Below are positions 18,300-26,515 of a stretch of 43,775 nt of DNA, one piece after another. The DNA is taken from the NCBI GenBank assembly GCA_041946805.1, contig JBHGBC010000034.1, forward strand, positions 1-43,775, written 5' to 3'. Source of the DNA: a bacterium. Lineage in GTDB: Bacteria > Hinthialibacterota > Hinthialibacteria > Hinthialibacterales > Hinthialibacteraceae. Each line of letters starts with the position of its first letter. Positions within the stretch are counted from its first letter, which is position 1. The notes under the pieces were generated by a model that saw only the letters and a list, made by a program, of their open reading frames with translations, was not told where the DNA came from and did no database searches. Made by a program: the position numbers and the translations under genes.

Positions 18300-20112
18300 G
18301 GGTGAACTCCTTCCGCCAATCGTGTGTTTCCTTCCATTCCGGTTGATTCCGTTTGTCGAGCAGACAGCGGCCCATGACCAGGTAATCCATATCGGTGCGC
18401 ATGAAGCAGCGGTAGGCGTCTTCGGGCGTGCAGACGATCGGTTCTCCCCGGACGTTGAACGAAGTATTCACCAGCACCGCGCAGCCGGTTTTCTCCTCGA
18501 AGCAGCGGATCACATCATAGTACCGGGGATTATCCTCGCGGGCGACGGTCTGCACGCGCGCGGAATAATCCACATGGGTGATGGCCGGAATGTCCGACCG
18601 GGGAACGTTGAGCTTGTCGATGCCCCAGAGTTTTTGCTGTTCCTCGGACATGGGCAGGCGGCGGTTTTCCTTCACGGCCGCCACTAGCAGCATGTAGGGT
18701 GAAGCGCAATCCATCTCGAAATACTCCTGCACTTTCTCCCGCAGCACCACCGGGGCGAAGGGGCGGAAGGATTCGCGGAACTTGATTTTCAAATTCATCT
18801 TGGACTGCATGGTTTTCGACCGGGCGTCACCCAGGATGCTTCTCGCTCCCAGCGCGCGCGGCCCGAACTCCATGCGGCCCTGGAACCACCCGATCACGTG
18901 GTCTTGGGTCAACAAATCGGCGGTGACGCGGGGCAGTTCGTCCTCGGTCAGTTCCTGGGAAGGAATCCCGGATTGGTTCAAATAATCCTTCACTTCCTGA
19001 TCGGTGTATTCCGGCCCGAGGAGGGCGGCCTTCATGCAATCGGCCCCGTTTTTGGGCGGCAGGGGATTTTGCAGGTAGCGGTGATAGATACTTAACGCGA
19101 CGCCCAGCGCGCCGCCCGCGTCGCCGGCCGCCGGTTGGATCCAGATCGATTCGTACGGGCCTTCGCGCAGGATCCGGCCGTTGGCCACACAGTTGAGGGC
19201 CACGCCGCCCGCCAGGCAGAAATTTTTTTGTCCCGTGCTTTTGTGGATGTGGCGCGCCATCCGCAGCAGGATTTCCTCGGTCACGTCCTGCACGGACCGG
19301 GCCAGGTCCATCTCCTTTTGGGTCAGCAGGGTTTCGGGTTGCCGGGGCGGGCCGCCGAAGAGTTCATCGAAGCGGGAATTGGTCATCGTCAATCCGCTCA
19401 AGTAGTTGAAATACTCCATGTTGAGCCGGAACGAGCCGTCCGGTTTGAGATCGACCAGGTGTTCATAAATGGTTTGCACATACTTGGGTTCCCCGTAGGG
19501 AGCGAGGCCCATCACCTTGTATTCCCCGGAATTCACCTTGAATCCGGTGTAGTAGGTGAAGGCGGAATACAGCAGGCCCAGGGAATGGGGAAACCGGGTC
19601 TCGGCCAGGATCTTGATGTCCTTATCTTTCCCATACCCATACGTGGTGGTGGACCACTCACCCACGCCGTCCACGGTCAGGAAGGCGGCTTCGTTGTACG
19701 GCGAGGGATAAAACGCGCTGGCGGCGTGGCTTTCGTGGTGATCGCCGAAGAGGATCGGGCCCTCGTATTCCGGCAGGAAATCCCGGATCAGTTTACGCAT
19801 GAACAGCTTTTCCTGCAGCCACAAGGGGATGGCCATCAGGAACGAACGCAAACCTTGAGGCGCAACGGCGAGATAGGTTTCCAGAATCCGCTCGAATTTG
19901 ACGAGCGGTTTGTCATAGAACGCGACATAATCCAGCTGGTCCGCCCGGACGCCCCCGATTTGGAGGCAGGCGCGGATGGCATGGATGGGGAAGGAGGAAT
20001 CGTGTTTCTTGCGGGTGAAACGTTCCTCCTGGGCGGCGGCCACGATCACGCCGTCCTGAACCAGGCAGGCCGCGCTGTCGTGGTAAAAGGCGGATATTCC
20101 GAGAATTCGCAT
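18292..20112 (-). CDS. Carbamoyltransferase, CmcH/NodU family
   Basis: ILGISAFYHDSAA, QEERFTRKKHD, HHESHAASAF, GGVALNCVANG, EFGPRALGARS, FRESFRPFAP, NTSFNVRGEPIV. Confidence 0.96.
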   Translation of the reverse strand: MRILGISAFYHDSAACLVQDGVIVAAAQEERFTRKKHDSSFPIHAIRACLQIGGVRADQLDYVAFYDKPLVKFERILETYLAVAPQGLRSFLMAIPLWLQEKLFMRKLIRDFLPEYEGPILFGDHHESHAASAFYPSPYNEAAFLTVDGVGEWSTTTYGYGKDKDIKILAETRFPHSLGLLYSAFTYYTGFKVNSGEYKVMGLAPYGEPKYVQTIYEHLVDLKPDGSFRLNMEYFNYLSGLTMTNSRFDELFGGPPRQPETLLTQKEMDLARSVQDVTEEILLRMARHIHKSTGQKNFCLAGGVALNCVANGRILREGPYESIWIQPAAGDAGGALGVALSIYHRYLQNPLPPKNGADCMKAALLGPEYTDQEVKDYLNQSGIPSQELTEDELPRVTADLLTQDHVIGWFQGRMEFGPRALGARSILGDARSKTMQSKMNLKIKFRESFRPFAPVVLREKVQEYFEMDCASPYMLLVAAVKENRRLPMSEEQQKLWGIDKLNVPRSDIPAITHVDYSARVQTVAREDNPRYYDVIRCFEEKTGCAVLVNTSFNVRGEPIVCTPEDAYRCFMRTDMDYLVMGRCLLDKRNQPEWKETHDWRKEFTLD

Positions 20113-20236
20113 AGGCTGAATCGCACCCGGCCGTAGTGGAATCGATCCCCGGGGATCAAGTGGGTATCATATTCGGAAAATGCCAGAAATCCATGGATTC
20201 ATGCGTCTTACGGGATCCGGCCCGGCTATTCTTTCT

Positions 20237-20445
20237 GGCTCATCCGGCATGTGCATACTTTTTTTCAGAACGCCGGTTCGCATCTCTTCACAATGATCGG
20301 CGAAAACCACCCCCAAATTCCCTCTCCCTCGGAGAGAGGGCTAGGGTAAGGATTTTTTAGCCGGGGCGGACCTTGGCGTCAGCCCTCATCCCGGCGTGCA
20401 TGGAATCAATTTTACCTCATTCGGTACGCACTTACCGGATGATCC
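20237..20445 (-). mobile_element. MITE copy 5 (complete, 209 bp, inverted, perfect 8-bp target duplication)
   Basis: GGCTCATCCGGCATGTGCATAC ... GTACGCACTTACCGGATGATCC flanked on both sides by TTCTTTCT (20229-20236 and 20446-20453). Confidence 0.9.
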
Positions 20446-20573
20446 TTCTTTCTTCCCTGCTGACTAGAACCATTGGGGATTGTTATGTATATTGCATTCA
20501 TCCAATCGGGATGGACTAACCTATATTCGGGTTTGACCCAGTAAAATCAGTATCAAGTATTCAATCGACGCCT

Positions 20574-21299
20574 ATGGATGAAAACGTCAAGTCCAAGCCG
20601 CCCCAGCTGAGCGAAGCCACGCTGTTTCGCATGTCCCGCTATCTCAATGTACTGGAAGAATTTTCGCAAAAAGGCATCCAATACATCTCCACCAGCAAAC
20701 TGGCCTTCTTGCTGGGGGTTAATCCCGCGGTCGTGAAGCAGGATTTCTTGCCTCTGAAGGTGAAGGGTCAGACGGGAGTTGGGTATGAGGTTCCCCAACT
20801 GCTGCAGACCATCCGCGAAGTCTTCCTGTCCCGCCGGACGTTGACCTTCGCCATCGTCGGATTCGGCAACATCGGCCAGGCATTGGCCAGCTATCAGGGA
20901 TTTGAACGGGACGGATTCAAAGTCGTTGGCATTTTCGATTCCAATCCCAAGTTTCAGAACTATTCCGTCCGGGGAGTGAAGATCGAGGATGTGGAAAATC
21001 TGACCCGCATTTGCCGGGAACGGCAGATCGACATCGGCGTGATCTGCACACCCGCCAGCGTCGCGCAGGAAGTCGCCGATCAACTCGTGCTGGGGGGAGT
21101 CAAGGGCATCTGGAATTTCGCGCCCACCGAACTCATCGTCCCCGAGCATGTGATTCTCGTGCATGAACATCTGACCCGGGGCCTGCTCACGATTTCGTAT
21201 CACATCACCCAGCGCTATGGAGTGGATCAGAATCCCGAAATGGCCTCCCATCCGGAAACCGCCGCAACGCCGGCGCCAACGGAGGAGGAAGGTGATTGA
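20574..21299 (+). CDS. rex: Redox-sensing transcriptional repressor Rex
   Basis: SEATLFRMSRY, GQTGVGYEV, VGFGNIGQALASY, GVKGIWNFAP. Confidence 0.93.
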   Translation: MDENVKSKPPQLSEATLFRMSRYLNVLEEFSQKGIQYISTSKLAFLLGVNPAVVKQDFLPLKVKGQTGVGYEVPQLLQTIREVFLSRRTLTFAIVGFGNIGQALASYQGFERDGFKVVGIFDSNPKFQNYSVRGVKIEDVENLTRICRERQIDIGVICTPASVAQEVADQLVLGGVKGIWNFAPTELIVPEHVILVHEHLTRGLLTISYHITQRYGVDQNPEMASHPETAATPAPTEEEGD

Positions 21300-21412
21300 T
21301 CGGGAAGGCGGAAGGATCGGGTGGTCCCGCAATGCCGCGCCACCTTCCAACGGCAGCCTTCCGTATCGGCTCCCTCTCCCTCTGTGCTGATCTCTACCCA
21401 CCAGTCATACAA

Positions 21413-21443
21413 GGATGTCATCCCCGCGAAAGCGGGGATTCAG
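21413..21443 (+). repeat. REP-like palindrome family B
   Basis: GGATGTCATCCCCGCGAAAGCGGGGATTCAG. Confidence 0.85.
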
Positions 21444-21477
21444 GGAGGGCGAGGCTCCTGCCGAGTCAAAGATTTTT

Positions 21478-21686
21478 GGTTCATCCGAGAAATACGTTCC
21501 TGGTGAAGTAAAATAGATTTTATCCGCCTCAGGATGAGGGCGGACAGCCAGGTCTGCCCCTATAAAAATTCCCTCACCCTTCCCCTTTCCCAGAGGGAGA
21601 GGGGATTTTGGGGTGGTTTTCAACGGTCACTTCACAGAGACGCGGATCGGCCATCTGAAAAGAGGTACGCACCTACCGGACGCTCC
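21478..21686 (+). mobile_element. MITE copy 6 (209 bp)
   Basis: GGTTCATCCGAGAAATACGTTC ... GTACGCACCTACCGGACGCTCC with both internal hairpins. Confidence 0.85.
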
Positions 21687-21948
21687 CCCCCATTTTGCAC
21701 AAATTCCCCCAATCGGTTGATGATTTCCCCTAATCCCATATATCCTTTATGGTAGTCTGGCTCTTGTTTATAATTCAAATTTCGACAAAACAAGAGGATT
21801 TCAACACAAAGTCAAACCAGGGTTCTTTTGAATTTTCGTCAGGAATGAGTTACGGAATTGCGGGATGACCCTGCCAGCGCCACCGTCGCTTTTCAATTTG
21901 GCCCAGGGTTCCAGGTCTGCGATCGAGTCGGAACCCATCTCACCAATT

Positions 21949-22001
21949 CCCTCTCCCTCTGGGAGAGGGCCAGGGTGAGGGAAGTCCGGAAAGGGCGCCA
22001 T
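21949..22001 (-). repeat. Family A hairpin repeat with flank
   Basis: CCCTCTCCCTCTGGGAGAGGGCCAGGGTGAGGG AAGTCCGGAAAGGGCGCCAT. Confidence 0.85.
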
Positions 22002-22110
22002 TTAGGCGTTTCGGCCAATCGATTCAACAGTTCTGCTTGGGTGATTTGTTCTACGTTGGAAACGCTCAACAGAACGTATTCACAACTATTCTTGATCAAG
22101 GAGGTCCTGA

Positions 22111-23583
22111 ATGAATTCACGTATTCATAGTTTGGTGTTGGGGATTCTCATCTTATCCGCCGGCACCCTGGCCGGGCAGGACGCGGCGGCGCAGCCTCTC
22201 GGAAGCCCCATCGAACTGCTGAACGACACCCCCGCGTACGATGAAATCGGTTTGCAGGCGGTCACCGCGGGCGGGACCGTGGCCCTGGCCTCGTCGGCGG
22301 CGGATGAACGCGAACCGAAGGTCTCCATTCTGGCGAATGGCTCCACGGCGGTTTTTTGGGTCAACCGGAGCGGCAGCCATCATGTCAGCGGCGTGGATGC
22401 GGCCGGCAACCGCCTGTTGCCGGTGTTTGACATGGCTATCGACATTGACATCCTGGCGGGCGTGAATACCGGAACCAATACCAACTGGACGTTGAACAAG
22501 GCCAACCCGGCCGGGAACGTCTTCATGGCCGGGGCGACGTTCCTGGCCGACACGCTGACCGGATCGCAGGCCGTTATCCCGGAGGCGGTTATCGACACGG
22601 ACGGGATCAAGGAAGACAACCAGGAAGGCCATGGATTTTTCCGGTTATTCAATGATCAGCTGCAACCTCTCACGCCTCCCATTTCCGTGGCGGGATTCAG
22701 CGCGGGCCACCGGGAATGGGACGCCTGCTGGCTGAACGACGGGAAACTGGTCATCGGTACGGTGGCGCGGGGACATCATTACGCCGCGGATCCCGACTGG
22801 CCCCAGGGCGGGAGCCAAGCCGCGACACTGAACCTCTTCAATTCCGACGGCACCCGGTTCAAGGAGGAATTCTTTGTGGACGATTTGACCGGCCAGCAGG
22901 GGAACGTCTGGCTGGGCGCGCTCCAGAATGGATTTGTCTGTGTATACCAGGACGACGATTCGCGGATCAACGGATCCATTCTCTACAAGGGAATCATTTT
23001 CAATTTGGACGGTGAGCCTCGGAAAATGTTTACCGTGACCGACGAAGCGCTCGGGCTTCACCCCGCATGGATGGCGGCCGGCGGCGGCGGGACCTTCGTG
23101 ACCGTGTATGAGACCGTGGGCCCGGCGGGGATCGGCCTTCCCGAGGAGTTGGTCAACATGCCGGTGGTCCTGGCCCAGTTGTGGAATGAACAAGGGGAGC
23201 GGATCGGCCCGTATATTTTGGTGAGCCAGCACAGCGACGGGAGGTCCGTCTCCCGCACGCGCTGCGCCATGGCCCGCAATGGGACTTTCGCCGTGTCGTG
23301 GATCGATAACGCGGCGAATGACGTGCAATTCACCGAAAGCGTGGTGGGCCGGGTGTTCAACGCGGACGGCCTGCCCGCCACCAAGGCGTTCGTTGTGCAT
23401 CCCCTGCCGGAATTCCCCGAGACGGACGGCGGCAACGCCAGCGAGTCCATGCCGGCGGCCGTGAACGGCGGCGTCGCCTTCACCTGGGCCTCGCGGGCGG
23501 TTCCCGGCGGCGAGGGACGGGATATCGCGTTGATGGTTTTTGGAAATCCGGGTACAATGGTTCCGGCGTGGGAAGTGTATTGA
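22111..23583 (+). CDS. Secreted beta-rich (propeller-like) hypothetical protein with C-terminal WEVY motif
   Basis: AAGGAGG RBS; signal peptide; recurring units like LFNSDG..F.V, IFNLDG, LWNEQGERIG, VFNADG..F.V. Confidence 0.75.
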   Translation: MNSRIHSLVLGILILSAGTLAGQDAAAQPLGSPIELLNDTPAYDEIGLQAVTAGGTVALASSAADEREPKVSILANGSTAVFWVNRSGSHHVSGVDAAGNRLLPVFDMAIDIDILAGVNTGTNTNWTLNKANPAGNVFMAGATFLADTLTGSQAVIPEAVIDTDGIKEDNQEGHGFFRLFNDQLQPLTPPISVAGFSAGHREWDACWLNDGKLVIGTVARGHHYAADPDWPQGGSQAATLNLFNSDGTRFKEEFFVDDLTGQQGNVWLGALQNGFVCVYQDDDSRINGSILYKGIIFNLDGEPRKMFTVTDEALGLHPAWMAAGGGGTFVTVYETVGPAGIGLPEELVNMPVVLAQLWNEQGERIGPYILVSQHSDGRSVSRTRCAMARNGTFAVSWIDNAANDVQFTESVVGRVFNADGLPATKAFVVHPLPEFPETDGGNASESMPAAVNGGVAFTWASRAVPGGEGRDIALMVFGNPGTMVPAWEVY

Positions 23584-23681
23584 ACATCGAAGAATGAATT
23601 ACGGCCCCCGGATTCCCACCGCCGGCGGCCGTATTTTATTTTGTGAGCATTTCATCCATTTCCATGAAAGAGGTAAAGCGC

Positions 23682-24308
23682 ATGCAAAGGCCGAGCCAAG
23701 GGTTTACGTTGATCGAATTGTTAATCGTGGTGGCGATCATCGGCATCCTGGCCGCGATAGCCGTTCCCAATTTTTTGAACGCCCAGGTGAGAGCCAAGGT
23801 TGCGCGAGTGAAAACCGACATCCGGGCGCTCGCCCAGGCGCATGAAATGTACTTTCTGGACAACAACTCCTATCCCCCGGAATCCGAAGATAATATTTTC
23901 GTCGGCCGGCGGCCCCGCAGCGAATCCGGTTTGTTTTTTTTGACCTCCCCCATCCCCTATATCAGTTCCTTGCCGCACGATCCCTTCCAGGATACCACCC
24001 AACGGCGTTTTGACCGCACTCAGGCCGCGTATGAAACCGGTGTCGCCCGCAAGGGATTGGGAAAAAACAACGTGGCCTACAACATCTTCTCGCAAGGTCC
24101 GGACATGTCGGAAAACGGGCTTTATTCCGCCAATCCATTTTTCGGCATCCAGCGCAACGACGGCCAGGGCAACAGCTACCATCCTTCCAATGGCCTGCTC
24201 AGCAACGGGGATATTTTCTGGTATGGGGGCGATTCCAGCGTGGTCGTCAACCTGATGGTGGACGGCAAGGTGTACAATGGCAGTTTCCCGCCCAACTTCG
24301 GGAACTGA
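23682..24308 (+). CDS. Prepilin-type N-terminal cleavage/methylation (GspG-like) protein
   Basis: SQG/FTLIELLIVVAIIGILAAIAVPNFLNAQVRAKVAR; GAGGT RBS before ATG 23682. Confidence 0.9.
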   Translation: MQRPSQGFTLIELLIVVAIIGILAAIAVPNFLNAQVRAKVARVKTDIRALAQAHEMYFLDNNSYPPESEDNIFVGRRPRSESGLFFLTSPIPYISSLPHDPFQDTTQRRFDRTQAAYETGVARKGLGKNNVAYNIFSQGPDMSENGLYSANPFFGIQRNDGQGNSYHPSNGLLSNGDIFWYGGDSSVVVNLMVDGKVYNGSFPPNFGN

Positions 24309-24332
24309 GAGATCCGCGTTTCCAGGTACTCC

Positions 24333-25490
24333 TCACCAAGCGCGTTTCCGGGCGAAATACTTCTTCCATATTTCGAAGGCGGACCGCGCGGTTCCCTTTT
24401 CATCCAGAAATCCACAATCCTTCCAAACGGCGAAGGCTTCGGGCGAGGACGCCTTGATCTTCTCCCACAGCGCGTCGTAATCCCGGTGCAGAAACGCGAC
24501 GACGAACCGGTAATGATCCTGGTTGGCCCTTTCCAACAAGGTCTCCCAATAAGCGGTTTGTTTTTGGGGATCGCTGGGAATCGTGAGGTTGTACGAAGGC
24601 AGGAAAATAGTCTCGGCGGGATAACCAGTCTCGGTGACCGCCAGGGGCTTGTCCGTGAACGCTCGGAGCCAATCCAGCATCTCCACGGGTTTTTCCGGAT
24701 GCCCGGCCATGAAGGGATAATAGCTGATACCCACGATGTCGTTCTGCGGGAGGAACGCGCGGATCTGTTCCTGCTGGCGCTTCAGGTCCGCCCAGCCGGG
24801 ATTCTGCAAATTGTGCAGCGTGAAGGTGGAGAAAATGGGCAAGTCTGGTTGCTCTTTCTTCAAGGCTGTGTAGACGTGTGTATAGAGTTCCCCGTACGCG
24901 GGCCACTCGCCGGGGGCGTTGTGGATGAGTTCGTTCACTTCGATGCCGATGGCCAGGTAATCCGGGCGCAGCGTCTCCACCGCGCGCCGGCAGTATTGCA
25001 AATAGGCTTGCATGACCGCGGGATCGTTCAGTTTTTTATTTTCAAACTCCTGGGGCAGGGGCATGTTTTCCTTTTCGCCCCGGTACAGCGCCAAGCCGCT
25101 CCGTGCGCCGTTCAACGGAGTCACCGATACCAGCACCCGGCGGCCTTCGGATTGTTGCCGGCGTTGCCGCCAGTCGTTCTCCAAGGCGGCGGAGAACGGC
25201 CGGCCGGCCAGCGCTTCGGTCCAGGGAACGCCGTCGTCGATGTGATGCGCGATCAAGTCCCCGTTTTCGCGGATGAACCGGTAACTGCCCGACACCGCCT
25301 CCTCGGTGAAATCCCAGGGGAAAGGAGTAAATCCCATGGCAAATGAGCGGGTGGGAGCCGGTGAACCCGCTCCGTCCGGCGCCCATTCCGGCGCGAAGGA
25401 TACGAAAACGGCGGGAATCAGCAATAGCGGAAACAACATATTCGAGATGTACCAGAACCGGACTTTAGGAACAGACATGAGCTTTACCAT
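24333..25490 (-). CDS. Secreted glycoside-hydrolase-like protein (clan GH-A TIM barrel)
   Basis: YLAIGIEVNEL (putative acid/base), GISYYP, PLAVTETGYP (putative nucleophile); hydrophobic N-terminus. Confidence 0.7.
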   Translation of the reverse strand: MVKLMSVPKVRFWYISNMLFPLLLIPAVFVSFAPEWAPDGAGSPAPTRSFAMGFTPFPWDFTEEAVSGSYRFIRENGDLIAHHIDDGVPWTEALAGRPFSAALENDWRQRRQQSEGRRVLVSVTPLNGARSGLALYRGEKENMPLPQEFENKKLNDPAVMQAYLQYCRRAVETLRPDYLAIGIEVNELIHNAPGEWPAYGELYTHVYTALKKEQPDLPIFSTFTLHNLQNPGWADLKRQQEQIRAFLPQNDIVGISYYPFMAGHPEKPVEMLDWLRAFTDKPLAVTETGYPAETIFLPSYNLTIPSDPQKQTAYWETLLERANQDHYRFVVAFLHRDYDALWEKIKASSPEAFAVWKDCGFLDEKGTARSAFEIWKKYFARKRAW

Positions 25491-26479
25491 GGACCTCCCG
25501 TCTCCTGGGATTGGGATAACCAGGATTGAAACTGTTCAATATCCGCGTGGATTTGCCGGATCAGTTCCGCCGGCCCCGGGAATTTCCGCTCTTCCCGCAG
25601 CGGGTGAATGATCTCCGCGATGAGGTATTGATCGTAAATATCCTGGTCGAAATTCAGGATATGGACTTCGGTGTGGCGGGTGGATTCGTTTTTGAACGTG
25701 GGCACGGTCCCGATGTTCATAACGCCCCAACCGGTTTGGCTGCCGAGGCCGCCGATATGCACCCGCACGCCATATACACCGTTGGGGGGAAGCGCTTGAT
25801 TCTCGATGGCCAGGTTGGCGGTGGGCACGCCGATGGAACGGCCCCGCCCGTCTCCCCGGATCACACGGCCGGCCTGCGGATACGGCCGCCCCAGCATGGC
25901 TTCCGCCTCCTGGAGATTCCCTCCGAGGATCAATTCGCGGATGGCGCTGCTGCTGATGGGGATATCGTCGTGGAATTGCTGCTCGATGACGGTGACCGCC
26001 TCAAAAATTTCCGGAACCCGCTGCTTGAGTGTTTCCGCCGATCCCCGGCGCTTGTGCCCGAAGCGGAAATTGAAACCGATGACCACTTCCCGCGCGCGCA
26101 GCCGGTCACGCAACACCGTGGCGATGAACGCCTCCGCGGAGGTGTGGCACAGCGCCCAATCGAAGGGAACCGCCACCACCGCGTCCACGTCCAGGACCTT
26201 CAACCATTCCCGCTTCAAGGGATAAGGGGAAAGCAGGGGGACCGGCGCGCCGGGGTTCAGCACCTGGCTGGGATGGTTTTGAAAGGTGAAGACACTCAGC
26301 AAGCCCCCACGGGCGCGCGCCCGTTGCCGGGCCTCCGCGATGAGACGCTGATGGGCCCGGTGCAGGCCGTCGAAAAAGCCCAGGGCGACGACAACCTGGT
26401 CCTCCGGGCGAAACGCGCATGCATCGAGGGAGAGGATTTCGATCATCGGTTCATGCCGCGCATGGATTTTGGTCTCCAT
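25484..26479 (-). CDS. ribF: Bifunctional riboflavin kinase/FAD synthetase
   Basis: GFFDGLHRAH, GFNFRFG, ISSSAIR, GRSIGVPTAN, NIGTVPT, EVHILNF, LREERKF. Confidence 0.96.
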   Translation of the reverse strand: METKIHARHEPMIEILSLDACAFRPEDQVVVALGFFDGLHRAHQRLIAEARQRARARGGLLSVFTFQNHPSQVLNPGAPVPLLSPYPLKREWLKVLDVDAVVAVPFDWALCHTSAEAFIATVLRDRLRAREVVIGFNFRFGHKRRGSAETLKQRVPEIFEAVTVIEQQFHDDIPISSSAIRELILGGNLQEAEAMLGRPYPQAGRVIRGDGRGRSIGVPTANLAIENQALPPNGVYGVRVHIGGLGSQTGWGVMNIGTVPTFKNESTRHTEVHILNFDQDIYDQYLIAEIIHPLREERKFPGPAELIRQIHADIEQFQSWLSQSQETGGPW

Positions 26480-26515
26480 GGAAGAAGGGAGCGGTCACCG
26501 GGGGGGATCCTTGGA

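Noticed and set aside
17880..20112. Saxitoxin biosynthesis cluster
   Set aside because: SxtI/SxtJ-like pairs are widespread, and no sxtA or other pathway genes are present
20480..20497. Rex operator upstream of rex (TTGTTATGTATATTGCAT)
   Set aside because: Only a weak match to TTGTGAA-N4-TTCACAA
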